Both the position numbers and the translations under genes were made by a program. Of a stretch of 64,000 nucleotides of DNA, positions 30,258 to 39,433 are shown piece after piece (position 1 is the first letter of the stretch; each line of letters starts with the position of its first letter). Origin of the DNA: Deltaproteobacteria bacterium (GTDB lineage Bacteria; Desulfobacterota; Syntrophia; Syntrophales; Smithellaceae); NCBI GenBank assembly GCA_022703375.1, contig JAKLDS010000003.1:7171-71170 (forward strand), written 5' to 3'. Below the pieces are notes generated by a model. It saw nothing but the letters and a program-made list of their open reading frames with translations. It made no database searches and was not told the origin of the DNA.

Positions 30258-31982
30258 CTATTTTTCCACCAGCGACTTTGCCAACTTTGCTGCATGCATC
30301 AGTTTGTTGATATCCTCTACCAGGAGATTGTTTTTTCTGATTTCCAGCAAATTGGTCCGGCCGGCGTTGATCAACGCTTTTTCCACCTTATTAAGGGGAA
30401 GTCCCAAGTCTTCAGAAATTCGCGCCGCAATTTTGGCGAAGGAAATCTCAAACCTCTTTCTGGCGCCGGGCTGAGTCTTTAAAATAAGGCACAGTTGCTG
30501 CAGAACATAAGGAGAGCAGTCAGTCGTCAGATGGGGATGAACATAGATATTGGCTGTTTGCAGACGGCGGGTAATTGTGGTGATCATCTTTTCCATATAA
30601 GGAGGCAGCTTTTTTAAGTTCTGCTCCAGGTGCAGTTTGGTCAGTACTGCGACTTCCGTATCTTCCAGCGCTGTTACGCTGGCGGAGCGCGGTTCATCAG
30701 TTATCAGCGCCATCTCTCCGACAATATCGCCTTCTTCCAGGGTGCTCAACACAATCCTGGCGTCGCCGGTGTTCCGGAAAACCTGTACCCGGCCTTTCAG
30801 AATCAGATAACCTTCTTCTGCGGTTTCTCCCTCCCGCATGAGAAATTCGCCCTGGGTAAACTGTTTCTTTTCCTGCCTTGACCATTTCCCCGCGATTACG
30901 TCATCCACATCGGAAATTAATTCCAGGACGCTTTGATAACGATCTTCCTTTTTCAGCTCCATTGCTTTCATGATTATCCGGCAGAGCTCTTCGGGCAGCT
31001 GTCTTGCGGGATTACGTTTTTGCGGCGGCGGGATATCCCTTTTTTCCGCTTTGGCGAGAACCTCTTCCACGGTTTTGCCTTTATAAGGCGCCTCCAGCGT
31101 GAACATGTGATGCAGCGTCGCTCCCAGGAGGAATATATCGGTCTTTTTGTCGAGAAGACTGCTGTCCCCCGTTACCTGTTCGGGAGACATATAAGCCGGA
31201 GAACCCTGAATAACCTTTTTTGCACCGGCCACTGCGGTTATGCTGCGAAACAAATCCTGATCGGGCGCCGGTATTTCCTTTTCCGGATCGCCGATGAACC
31301 GCGCCAGGCCCCAATCCATCACCAGCACCTCGCCGAACTGGCCGACAATTACATTATGCGGTTTGATATCCTGATGAATAATGTTTTTAGAATGCGCAAA
31401 TGCTATGGCATCACAGATTCTCCGGAAGATGTTGAGCAGATAGAACATGTTATATTTTTCTACATATTCCGGCGTGCCATTTTTAATTTCCGTCAGAATG
31501 GAATTGAGCGGCCGGCCGTCGGCAAGTTTCATGGTAAAATAGAGGCCGAGATCATTGGAAAGTCCCAACTCGTGCAGAGGGATGATATTCGGGTGCTCCA
31601 GCAGACCGGTTATTTTGGCTTCCCTGATGAATTCGGTAAGAGCGGTTTTGTCACTTTTCAAATTAGGCAGGACGACTTTCATGGCGGTCGTGCGCTGCAA
31701 ATCCTGATCCGTAACTTTCAGAATTGCCCCCATGCCGCCCGCAACAAGTTTTCTCTGCAATTTGTATTTGCTGCTGTTTTCTCTGCGAGTCGCATCGTCG
31801 TAAAGTTCACGCTCCAGCGGGGTGATTCCCGTGAGAGGAAAATCGAATTGCGGCAATTCCTTTTCCTGATCGAAACGGCGGGTCTGGCCATAGCTATCGT
31901 CGTTGGAATCGGCTTTGAGCTTAACGCCTTCCTCGGAGATGATAACTGTCTTTTCGCAGTTGATGGTTTTTTCTTCGCTCAT
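30258..31982 (-). CDS. Ser/Thr protein kinase fused to a cyclic-nucleotide-binding domain and a CRP-like C-terminal winged HTH
   Basis: Kinase motifs: GGMGAILKV, AMKVV, HQDIKPHNV (non-RD), MDWGLA, SPAYMSPEQ. cNMP domain: FLMREGETAEEGYLILKGRVQVF..GDIVGEMALI..PRSASV. The C-terminal segment ISFAKIAARISEDLGLPLNKVEKALINAGRTNLL resembles the CRP HTH. Confidence 0.85.
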   Translation of the reverse strand: MSEEKTINCEKTVIISEEGVKLKADSNDDSYGQTRRFDQEKELPQFDFPLTGITPLERELYDDATRRENSSKYKLQRKLVAGGMGAILKVTDQDLQRTTAMKVVLPNLKSDKTALTEFIREAKITGLLEHPNIIPLHELGLSNDLGLYFTMKLADGRPLNSILTEIKNGTPEYVEKYNMFYLLNIFRRICDAIAFAHSKNIIHQDIKPHNVIVGQFGEVLVMDWGLARFIGDPEKEIPAPDQDLFRSITAVAGAKKVIQGSPAYMSPEQVTGDSSLLDKKTDIFLLGATLHHMFTLEAPYKGKTVEEVLAKAEKRDIPPPQKRNPARQLPEELCRIIMKAMELKKEDRYQSVLELISDVDDVIAGKWSRQEKKQFTQGEFLMREGETAEEGYLILKGRVQVFRNTGDARIVLSTLEEGDIVGEMALITDEPRSASVTALEDTEVAVLTKLHLEQNLKKLPPYMEKMITTITRRLQTANIYVHPHLTTDCSPYVLQQLCLILKTQPGARKRFEISFAKIAARISEDLGLPLNKVEKALINAGRTNLLEIRKNNLLVEDINKLMHAAKLAKSLVEK

Positions 31983-32034
31983 ATATTCTGTATTTTTCGC
32001 AATTTTATCGCTGCCGGATTATGTGCTGTCCGGT

Positions 32035-33405
32035 TCAATCAACGTTATAAGAAGCAAGTTTGCGGCGCAGGGTGTTGAGTCCCAAACCCAAAAGCCGGGC
32101 TGCCTGCATTTTATTTTGTCCCGTCTCTTTGTAAACATTCAGAATATATTCTTTTTCCACATCGGCAAGATTTTTCCCTGCGGGACTGCTGGCTACTACG
32201 GAAGCCGCAATATCTTTTTTTCGTGTTCTCATTTCGGCAGGCAGACATTGCGGAGTAACCCTGTCGCCATGCGCCAGATTGGCCGCTGATTGGATAATAG
32301 ACTTGAGCTCGCGGATATTACCCGGATAGTTGTAGGCCATGAGTGAGCTCAGGGCTTCTTCGTCAACGTACTTGATGCCCTGAGGAAATTTCAACTCTCC
32401 CAGAAAGCAATCGATTAACAGCGGAATATCCTCCGCGTGCTCGCGCAGCGGGGGAATATGCAGCCAGGCGCCTTTAAGCCTGTAATAGAGATCTTTGCGG
32501 AACGACCCTCTGGCCATCAGCCTGTCCACATCGGCGTTGGTGGCGGCGATAAAACGGATATCAACCCGGCTGGCCGCGCTCTGTCCGAGTTTCAGAAACT
32601 CGCCTTCCTGCAGAACTCTCAGCAGTTTGCCCTGAAAATCAGCCGGCAAATCGCCGATTTCATCGAGAAATAGAGTTCCCTTGTCGGTGTGTTCCAGATA
32701 ACCCGCCCTTTCTTTTTCCGCGCCGGTGAAAGCGCCGCGGGTATGTCCGAAAAACTCGGCGTCAAAAAGATTGCCGGAGATGGAAGCCATGTTGATGGAA
32801 GTAAAGTTAAAGCGGGAGCGCGCTGAGCTCAAATGAATCGCCCGCGCGAGCAGTTCCTTGCCCGTTCCGCTTTCTCCGGTAATCAGAATCGGAACATCGC
32901 TGCCCGCGTGCAGTTCCGCTTCTTTCATAACGCGGAGCATTTTTCCGGAGCGGGTGATTATCGGTCCGAAGGCTTCTTTGTTTTGAATTGCGGGAAGTAC
33001 TCTGGTTTTTCCCACCGCGATAATTTCCAGCAGTCTCTTGCGTTCCAGTGCCCTTTTTACGGCGCCCAGCAGGTCGTCGCGCGAAATAGGCTTGGTCAGA
33101 TAGTCATAAGCGCCCTTTTTCAGGCAGGTGACCGCCACCCGCGCTTCGTTGACGGCGGTAATCATGATACATTCGGTTTCCGGACTTTTGCTTTTGATAT
33201 GTTCGAGCAGGGCTATGCCGTTCATATCCGGCATGGTTACATCAATCAGGGCGAGGTCATATGAGTTGCCTTCGTCAATCAGGGCGGCGGCGTGCAGGGA
33301 ATTACTCTCCAGCGTCAGGTTTTTCAGGCCGGCGCTGACCAGACCGCGTTTGATGCTTTCCAGAAAGTCCGGCTCATCGTCAATAGCAATAATGGAATCG
33401 TTCAT
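32035..33405 (-). CDS. Sigma-54-dependent response regulator (NtrC family: receiver, AAA+, Fis-type HTH)
   Basis: Receiver IAIDDE..LIDVTMPDMNG, Walker A GESGTGKE, GAFTGA loop, C-terminal HTH QNKMQAARLLGLGLNTLRRKL. Confidence 0.95.
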   Translation of the reverse strand: MNDSIIAIDDEPDFLESIKRGLVSAGLKNLTLESNSLHAAALIDEGNSYDLALIDVTMPDMNGIALLEHIKSKSPETECIMITAVNEARVAVTCLKKGAYDYLTKPISRDDLLGAVKRALERKRLLEIIAVGKTRVLPAIQNKEAFGPIITRSGKMLRVMKEAELHAGSDVPILITGESGTGKELLARAIHLSSARSRFNFTSINMASISGNLFDAEFFGHTRGAFTGAEKERAGYLEHTDKGTLFLDEIGDLPADFQGKLLRVLQEGEFLKLGQSAASRVDIRFIAATNADVDRLMARGSFRKDLYYRLKGAWLHIPPLREHAEDIPLLIDCFLGELKFPQGIKYVDEEALSSLMAYNYPGNIRELKSIIQSAANLAHGDRVTPQCLPAEMRTRKKDIAASVVASSPAGKNLADVEKEYILNVYKETGQNKMQAARLLGLGLNTLRRKLASYNVD

Positions 33406-33415
33406 GGTTTCTTCC

Positions 33416-36136
33416 TTATGGTTTGTCAGAGGGGGAAGATATTGTATCCGCCAGAATTATTCTGGCTTTGGTTCCCTCGCCCGACACGCTTTCTATTTCA
33501 ATGCGTCCGCCCAGGCTCTCCATGATGTTTTTCGATATATAGAGGCCGAGGCCTGTTCCCATGCCGTATGGTTTGGTGGTAAAAAAAGGATCGAAGATAT
33601 TGGTTTTCGTTGTTTCGTCCATACCGCAGCCGTTGTCTTCGATTTCGATGATTATCTTTTCCTGCCAGTCGGGAGTTGCTTTTGCCCGGATGCTGAGCGC
33701 CGATTCACGTTTATCCATTGCCTGCGTGGAATTGATTACCAGGTTGATCAGCACCTGTTCCAGCCCGTTGGCATCGGTGTAAATATCCGGCATTCCTTCT
33801 TCCAAATCCAGAGAGAACTTCCGGACTGTCTTATTGATTTGAATCTGGCAGATGGAAACTGCTTTTTCAATCAATTCTTTCGGATTTACCCAGCGCTGCT
33901 CGTTAATTTCCTTTTTGCGGGAAAATTCGCGCAGCTTGGAAACTGTGGAGTTGATTCTTTCGGCGCCGTGGTGAATATTATTCAACAACTTGAAAATATC
34001 TTCACGGAATTCATTGTAGGTCATTCCGAAAAGCTCATAATCCCTGTGCTGAAGCGCATAGTCATCAACAATCGGCATAATCTCTTTTAAATAATCAGTC
34101 AGGATGGGAATATTGAAAATAATAAAGTTGTTCGGATTATTGATCTCATGAGCTATGCCGGAAATCAGCATTCCCAGTGAAGCCAGCTTTTCGCCCTGCA
34201 CAAGCTGTCTTTCCGCAAGTTTCGCCTTGGTCAGATCGCTGATGCGGATAATCGCTTCCCCGCCACTGATGTTTTTGAGGGCTACGGGATAAATAAATAA
34301 TTTTTCGAATTTCGGAAATGGCGGGAGCCTCTGGAATTCCAGGGAAGAAGCCTCCTTCCTGGTTGTGGAGACAATGATTTTTTGCAGGGCTTCTTCGTCA
34401 TAATTAGCCCGGACAAAGGCTTCACGGCAGGAAGTTCCGATCATTGCCTGATAACTTGCTCCGCCGAAATATTTCAGGGCAGCTTCATTAATCATCAGGA
34501 TAATGAAGCTATCGCTGACCATAATCAGCGGATCGGAAATGCCGTCAAATACCGCCCGCAACATATTTCTGCTTTTTTGCACGGCCTGTTCAATCTTTTC
34601 TCTTTCCATTATTTCTTCGATCAAAACATTGTTGACGGCAGTCAGTTCCTGAGTGCGATCGGCGATGCGGTCTTCCAGCGAGGCGTGGATTGTCCGGACT
34701 TCTTCCAGAGCTTTCTTGTAGACGGTAATGTCACGGGCAACGATTACCGCGCCTACTAACTTTCTGTTATCATCATATAAAGGATTGGCAAAGGCATCCA
34801 GCCAGACATAACGGCCGGCGGAGTGATGGGCGCGGCATTCAAACCGGATGGGAGAACCCTGCATGACGTGTTTGCGCAGCAGGAGCAAAACGTTTTTCAG
34901 GTCATGATCGTAAATGATATCAAAAACCGATTTGCCGATCAGCTTTTCCGCCGGATGTCCCAGGACGTTTTTATGAGAAGGGCTTACGTACTGATAGGTG
35001 CCGTTTAAATCTATCTGAATCACCATATCGAGCATATTGTCCGTTATCCGGCGGTTGAATTTGGCAACATCGCCGATTTCCTGCTGCTTCTGTTCCATCT
35101 TCGCCAGGAGCGTATTGATATTTCCGCTCATTGACGCCAGCTCATCTTTACCCTTATATTCAATACGGTTGTTCGCCATGCCGCTCGCTATGATGGATTT
35201 TATCTGTGTCTGTATTTTTTCTACGCCGGAAAGAAAGAATCCGGCAAGAAAGAAATAGCAGAAGGAAGCCAGCAGGATGAAAGCAATAATAATTGCGAAA
35301 GAAATCTGCAGCAGTGTCGTTTCAGCTCTTTGTTTATGTGTCCGGAGAGATGATATCTCCAGCAGGAAACCCGGTTTACCGGAAATATCTTTAATGAGGC
35401 TGTAGGCGGCCAGATTACTGTCATTAACCGCAGTGATGTAAACAGGGCTGCCGGCATTCAGGGTATTAAGAATATTTTGCCGGCCGGCCGGTAATTTACT
35501 CCCCGCCAGAGGATGGAGTGAAAATTTATCATATCCGTTACCAGGCGTCTGGAAAAGGAGAGAAAGATCGAGCAGGCGTCCCAGGATTATTTTCCCGCTA
35601 ATCCTGTCCGGATTGGTTCTGGCTGTAACGGGAGAAGATGCGAAAATAAATATTTTGTTCTCAACCTGCCATAAGCCCTGATGCCGGATCGGGAAATTAT
35701 CAGCAGACAAAAACATTGTCTGCCAATCGGGAGATGCCGTGAGAAATTTTAAAAGAGATGATTTGCTTTCGCCTTTGTTATCGAAGCCGGTTGAGAAAAT
35801 AATTTTTCCGGGGCCGACGGCAAACAAAACAATATTAATCCGGCTGCGTTCCAGCAATTCTTCTGTAAATCTGATTTTTAAATAGCCGGCGGCACGTTTT
35901 TTCGGCAGAACCGTGCGGATTTCCGCATCGGCAGCGTACTGTTTCGCTATATCAGCCAGCGCCGCTGTTTCACTTGCCAGCAATGTTGATGCTGATTTTA
36001 CGCTGAGGCGCGCTGATTGAGCATCGCTTAAGTCAGCATCACTGCTTATCAGGGATGAGCAAATGTATATCAGGCAGATTGTAAGGACGACACCGGTCAG
36101 GCTGATTGACAACAACGCTTTTTTCCTGAGAGTCAT
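33416..36136 (-). CDS. Sensor histidine kinase (TM, large extracytoplasmic domain, TM, HAMP, two PAS, HisKA, HATPase)
   Basis: H-box ISGIAHEINNPNNFI, N-box LINLVINS, G-boxes DNGCGM / GTGLGL, and two PAS segments. ATG at 36136 lies 6 nt after AAGGAG. The ORF-track start at 36166 has no RBS. Confidence 0.9.
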   Translation of the reverse strand: MTLRKKALLSISLTGVVLTICLIYICSSLISSDADLSDAQSARLSVKSASTLLASETAALADIAKQYAADAEIRTVLPKKRAAGYLKIRFTEELLERSRINIVLFAVGPGKIIFSTGFDNKGESKSSLLKFLTASPDWQTMFLSADNFPIRHQGLWQVENKIFIFASSPVTARTNPDRISGKIILGRLLDLSLLFQTPGNGYDKFSLHPLAGSKLPAGRQNILNTLNAGSPVYITAVNDSNLAAYSLIKDISGKPGFLLEISSLRTHKQRAETTLLQISFAIIIAFILLASFCYFFLAGFFLSGVEKIQTQIKSIIASGMANNRIEYKGKDELASMSGNINTLLAKMEQKQQEIGDVAKFNRRITDNMLDMVIQIDLNGTYQYVSPSHKNVLGHPAEKLIGKSVFDIIYDHDLKNVLLLLRKHVMQGSPIRFECRAHHSAGRYVWLDAFANPLYDDNRKLVGAVIVARDITVYKKALEEVRTIHASLEDRIADRTQELTAVNNVLIEEIMEREKIEQAVQKSRNMLRAVFDGISDPLIMVSDSFIILMINEAALKYFGGASYQAMIGTSCREAFVRANYDEEALQKIIVSTTRKEASSLEFQRLPPFPKFEKLFIYPVALKNISGGEAIIRISDLTKAKLAERQLVQGEKLASLGMLISGIAHEINNPNNFIIFNIPILTDYLKEIMPIVDDYALQHRDYELFGMTYNEFREDIFKLLNNIHHGAERINSTVSKLREFSRKKEINEQRWVNPKELIEKAVSICQIQINKTVRKFSLDLEEGMPDIYTDANGLEQVLINLVINSTQAMDKRESALSIRAKATPDWQEKIIIEIEDNGCGMDETTKTNIFDPFFTTKPYGMGTGLGLYISKNIMESLGGRIEIESVSGEGTKARIILADTISSPSDKP

Positions 36137-36359
36137 AACTGTCTCCTTCCGCAAACGGAAAAACATTAATGGAGAAAATGAATCAGTATTACTTTTTTAT
36201 CATACATTTTATTCTAAAACATTTCACGGTAATGTTGCAATGTAATTATTGTAGAATCTTTGCATTCTGGTAAAACCACCGCAAGTATTTACTGGCGGGA
36301 AGCAGGCCAATTATGTTATATAAAATATGACAGAGCAGGAGAAAAGCAGGGAAAGGCAG

Positions 36360-37121
36360 ATGAAAAGAAACCAGCAAAAAATTCTTATCCTGATTTTATC
36401 AGTTCTGTTTGTTCTGTCTTGTTCATCCCCCCCTTCACGAATTAAAGATTCCTCATTTCCCGCCAGGAAGCGACTGGAGTTGATGGGGTATACTATTCAG
36501 GCGGGAGCTTTTGCTAAAGCGGAGAACGCCGCGCGCTTGACGGAAACATTGAAGAAGAGAGATATCCCGGCGACATACTTTGCAGCGGCAGACGGTCTGT
36601 TTAAAGTTCGCTTCGGCAATTTTTCCGACAGGGAAGAAGCGAGGCGCAAAGCGCAGCAACTGAAGGACGATGCGGTAATTGAGGATTTCTATATAGTCAG
36701 GCCGGAAGATTACGTGTCAGCCAGGCAACAGCAATACGGCGCTGATTATGTGAGAGAAGCGCTGGTCAAATCAGCGCGGGATTTCATCGGAGTTCCATAT
36801 TTATGGGGAGGAGCTTCCGCCGAAACCGGTTTTGACTGCAGCGGTCTGACAATGACGGTCTATCAGCTCAACGGTTTTAATCTGCCGCGGCACTCGGCGC
36901 GGCAATTCGATGAAGGTATCGTAGTGGAGAAGACGCGCCTGCAGAAAGGAGATCTGGTTTTCTTTGCCATCAACGGCCGCAGCAAGATTTCACATGTCGG
37001 TATCTACATTGGCGAAAACCGTTTTGTTCACGCACCGTCACGCGGAAAAAAAATCCGGATTGATTCTCTCAACTCCGTTTATTATGCAAAACGTTTCGCC
37101 GGCGGAAGGACTTATCTGTAA
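36360..37121 (+). CDS. SPOR-domain / NlpC-P60 (C40) cell-wall peptidase lipoprotein
   Basis: Lipobox VLSC after MKRNQQKILILILSVLF. SPOR-like segment GYTIQAGAFAKAENAARL..FKVRFGNFSDREEARR. NlpC/P60 catalytic FDCSGL and a downstream His. Confidence 0.8.
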   Translation: MKRNQQKILILILSVLFVLSCSSPPSRIKDSSFPARKRLELMGYTIQAGAFAKAENAARLTETLKKRDIPATYFAAADGLFKVRFGNFSDREEARRKAQQLKDDAVIEDFYIVRPEDYVSARQQQYGADYVREALVKSARDFIGVPYLWGGASAETGFDCSGLTMTVYQLNGFNLPRHSARQFDEGIVVEKTRLQKGDLVFFAINGRSKISHVGIYIGENRFVHAPSRGKKIRIDSLNSVYYAKRFAGGRTYL

Positions 37122-37181
37122 AAATAAATTGCTTTCTGAAAATTATCGGCAAAAAAATTTTAAAAAATATTCAGCTTTTTG

Positions 37182-37210
37182 TTGACCTGCGTAAAAAAAT
37201 AAAGTAAAAT
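37182..37210 (+). promoter_or_regulatory. Sigma-70 promoter of the histone-like gene
   Basis: TTGACC (37182..37187), a 17-nt spacer, then TAAAAT (37205..37210). An A/T-rich UP-like tract lies upstream. Confidence 0.6.
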
Positions 37211-37276
37211 TACAAATAACAAAGCATTTAAAGCTTTGAGAAAAAATGCCAATTGATTTAAAGGAGGCTTTGTCCA

Positions 37277-37468
37277 ATGACAGCAACAGCAAAAAAAGTA
37301 GTCAAGAAGGCTGCACCGAAAAAAGCAGCGAAAAAAGTGGTCAAGAAGGCAGCAAAGAAAGTAGTCAAGAAGGCCGCTCCGAAAAAGGCAGCAAAGAAAG
37401 TAGTCAAGAAGGCTGCCCCGAAGAAAGCAGCAAAGAAAGTAGTGAAGAAGGCTGCAGCAAAGAAATAA
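37277..37468 (+). CDS. Histone H1-like lysine/alanine-repeat nucleoid-associated protein
   Basis: 63 aa, MTATAKKVVKKAAPKKAAKKVVKKAAKKVVKKAAPKKAA..., with AAGGAGG 9 nt upstream. Own promoter and terminator. The DNA is an imperfect tandem repeat. Confidence 0.75.
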   Translation: MTATAKKVVKKAAPKKAAKKVVKKAAKKVVKKAAPKKAAKKVVKKAAPKKAAKKVVKKAAAKK

Positions 37469-37497
37469 GAAACACGTTTTTGTTGTTGAATATTGTT

Positions 37498-37540
37498 AAA
37501 CGCATCCGTTTGCGGAGAGGTTGCCGCGGCGGATGCGTTT
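37498..37540 (+). terminator. Hairpin terminator after the histone-like gene
   Basis: 11-bp stem AAACGCATCCG / CGGATGCGTTT with a 21-nt loop. The stem ends in TTT. Confidence 0.55.
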
Positions 37541-37796
37541 ATAGTGAACAGCCTGAGCTTTTTCATTGTTCAGGAAGAACTAGTCTGTTGTTTGAATCCG
37601 TACTGGCTTTAGAATAAATCAGGAATTACTCTCTTTCATAAAAACGATGATCCTGATGTCAGGCCTTTATGAAATGCGTAATAATAAAAATCGCCGGCAA
37701 TAAAAAACTTTTTGGCCGGTATCTGAACTTCTTCTTTTTGTTTCAACTCTGCATGGTTATATCAACGATTCTTCCGGCGGGAAAAGAGGTCCTGTT

Positions 37797-39407
37797 ATGA
37801 GAAGGTGGAACGGCTGGGGTGATTCTACTGTTTCATACTTGCCGGCTCCCGGTGCAGTCAGTTTTATTGCCGAAAAAATAGGAGCAGGAAATCCTCCCCG
37901 TGATATTCATTACCCGGATGCCGTAAAACTGGTTCCTCCCTCCCGTGCTTCATTCCATAAGCAGATTTCCACAGAAGCTTCCGGGCGGCTGTGCCATGCC
38001 CGCGGCCAGAGCCTGCCGGACTGGATAGCAATGCGCTCCGGTCAGATCAATATATTTCCTGATGGTGTTGCGTACCCCTCGACAGATGAGGATATCCGTC
38101 AGCTGCTTGATTGGGCGGACAGGACGAAAGCATTTCTTATTCCCTACGGCGGAGGCACCAGTGTTGCCGGCCATGTCAATCCGCTTGCCGGCACGTGGCC
38201 TGTCATCACAGTGGATATGAGCCGGATGAACGGCCTGAAACATTTTGATGAAACCAGCAATCTGGCGACTTTTGGCGCGGGAATCGCTGGCCCTGATCTG
38301 GAAGCTCATTTGCGCGCGCACGATTGTACGCTGGGGCATTTTCCCCAGTCGTTTGAATTATCCACTCTGGGCGGCTGGATTGTTACCCGTTCCTGCGGAC
38401 AACAATCTCTGGGTTACGGACGTATCGAAAAATTATTTGCCGGAGGGAGACTGGAGTCACCTGCCGGTTCTCTTGTTCTGCCCGCCTTTCCGGCATCGGC
38501 GGCGGGTCCGGATTTGCGCGAAGTCATTATGGGATCGGAAGGAAGAATGGGAATATTAACGGAAGCCACGGTCAGAGCGACTCAGCTGCCGGAAAAGGAA
38601 GAATATTTTGCAGTATTTCTGCGCGACTTTGAAACCGGATGCCAGGCGGCGCGTGAAATGATACAGGCCAGATTGCCGCTCTGCCTGCTGCGCCTCAGTT
38701 GTGCCAATGAAACCACGACAACTCTGGTACTGGCAGGTCATCAAAAGATCATCGAAGTTCTGGAAAAATATTTTTCCCTGCGCGGGCTGAGTTGCGAAAA
38801 ATGCATGCTGCTCATTGGAGTCAGCGGATATGAAGGAATTGTGCGCGCTGCGCGCCGTGAGGCATTGGAGATTGCCGATAATTATAAGGCTGTTTATGTG
38901 GGGAAAACATTCGGACGGGAATGGCATAAGAATCGTTTTCGCACGCCGTATCTGCGCAACGCTTTCTGGGAAATGGGTTATGCCATAGACACGCTGGAGA
39001 CGGCCGCCGATTGGGAAAAGATTCCCGATTTGCTTGAAGATATGGAATCCGCGTTAAATCATGGCCTGGATGACATCGGGGAAAAAGTGCATGTCTTTAC
39101 CCATTTGTCGCAGCTTTATGCCAGCGGTAGCAGTATTTATACGACTTATATTTTCCGCCTGCACGAAAATCCGGCGGAGAACCTGCGCCGCTGGCAGGTT
39201 CTCAAAACGGCAGTCAGTGAAGTGATAACCTCTCATCAGGCTACAATCAGTCACCAGCACGGGATAGGAACGGACCACCTGCCTTATCTCGCGCAGGAAA
39301 AAGGGAAACTGGGGATGAAGGTTATTGCGGATATCTGCCGCCGCCTTGATCCGCAGCAAATAATGAATCCGGGAAAACTGATTTCCTTATCCGGGTGCGC
39401 TGATTAA
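37797..39407 (+). CDS. FAD-linked oxidase of the alkyl-dihydroxyacetonephosphate synthase (AGPS) family
   Basis: N-terminal RWNGWGD motif characteristic of AGPS-type proteins. FAD_binding_4-like core (IPYGGGTSVAGH) and an FAD-oxidase C-terminal region. Confidence 0.75.
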   Translation: MRRWNGWGDSTVSYLPAPGAVSFIAEKIGAGNPPRDIHYPDAVKLVPPSRASFHKQISTEASGRLCHARGQSLPDWIAMRSGQINIFPDGVAYPSTDEDIRQLLDWADRTKAFLIPYGGGTSVAGHVNPLAGTWPVITVDMSRMNGLKHFDETSNLATFGAGIAGPDLEAHLRAHDCTLGHFPQSFELSTLGGWIVTRSCGQQSLGYGRIEKLFAGGRLESPAGSLVLPAFPASAAGPDLREVIMGSEGRMGILTEATVRATQLPEKEEYFAVFLRDFETGCQAAREMIQARLPLCLLRLSCANETTTTLVLAGHQKIIEVLEKYFSLRGLSCEKCMLLIGVSGYEGIVRAARREALEIADNYKAVYVGKTFGREWHKNRFRTPYLRNAFWEMGYAIDTLETAADWEKIPDLLEDMESALNHGLDDIGEKVHVFTHLSQLYASGSSIYTTYIFRLHENPAENLRRWQVLKTAVSEVITSHQATISHQHGIGTDHLPYLAQEKGKLGMKVIADICRRLDPQQIMNPGKLISLSGCAD

Positions 39408-39433
39408 AAAATAAAATTAACGGCGGTAGGCTC

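Noticed and set aside
37246-37617. Alternative-frame ORFs over the histone-like gene (37246..37617 + and 37258..37566 -)
   Set aside because: They are by-products of the low-complexity AAG/GCN repeat. Only the 37277 frame has an RBS, a compact ORF and a terminator.
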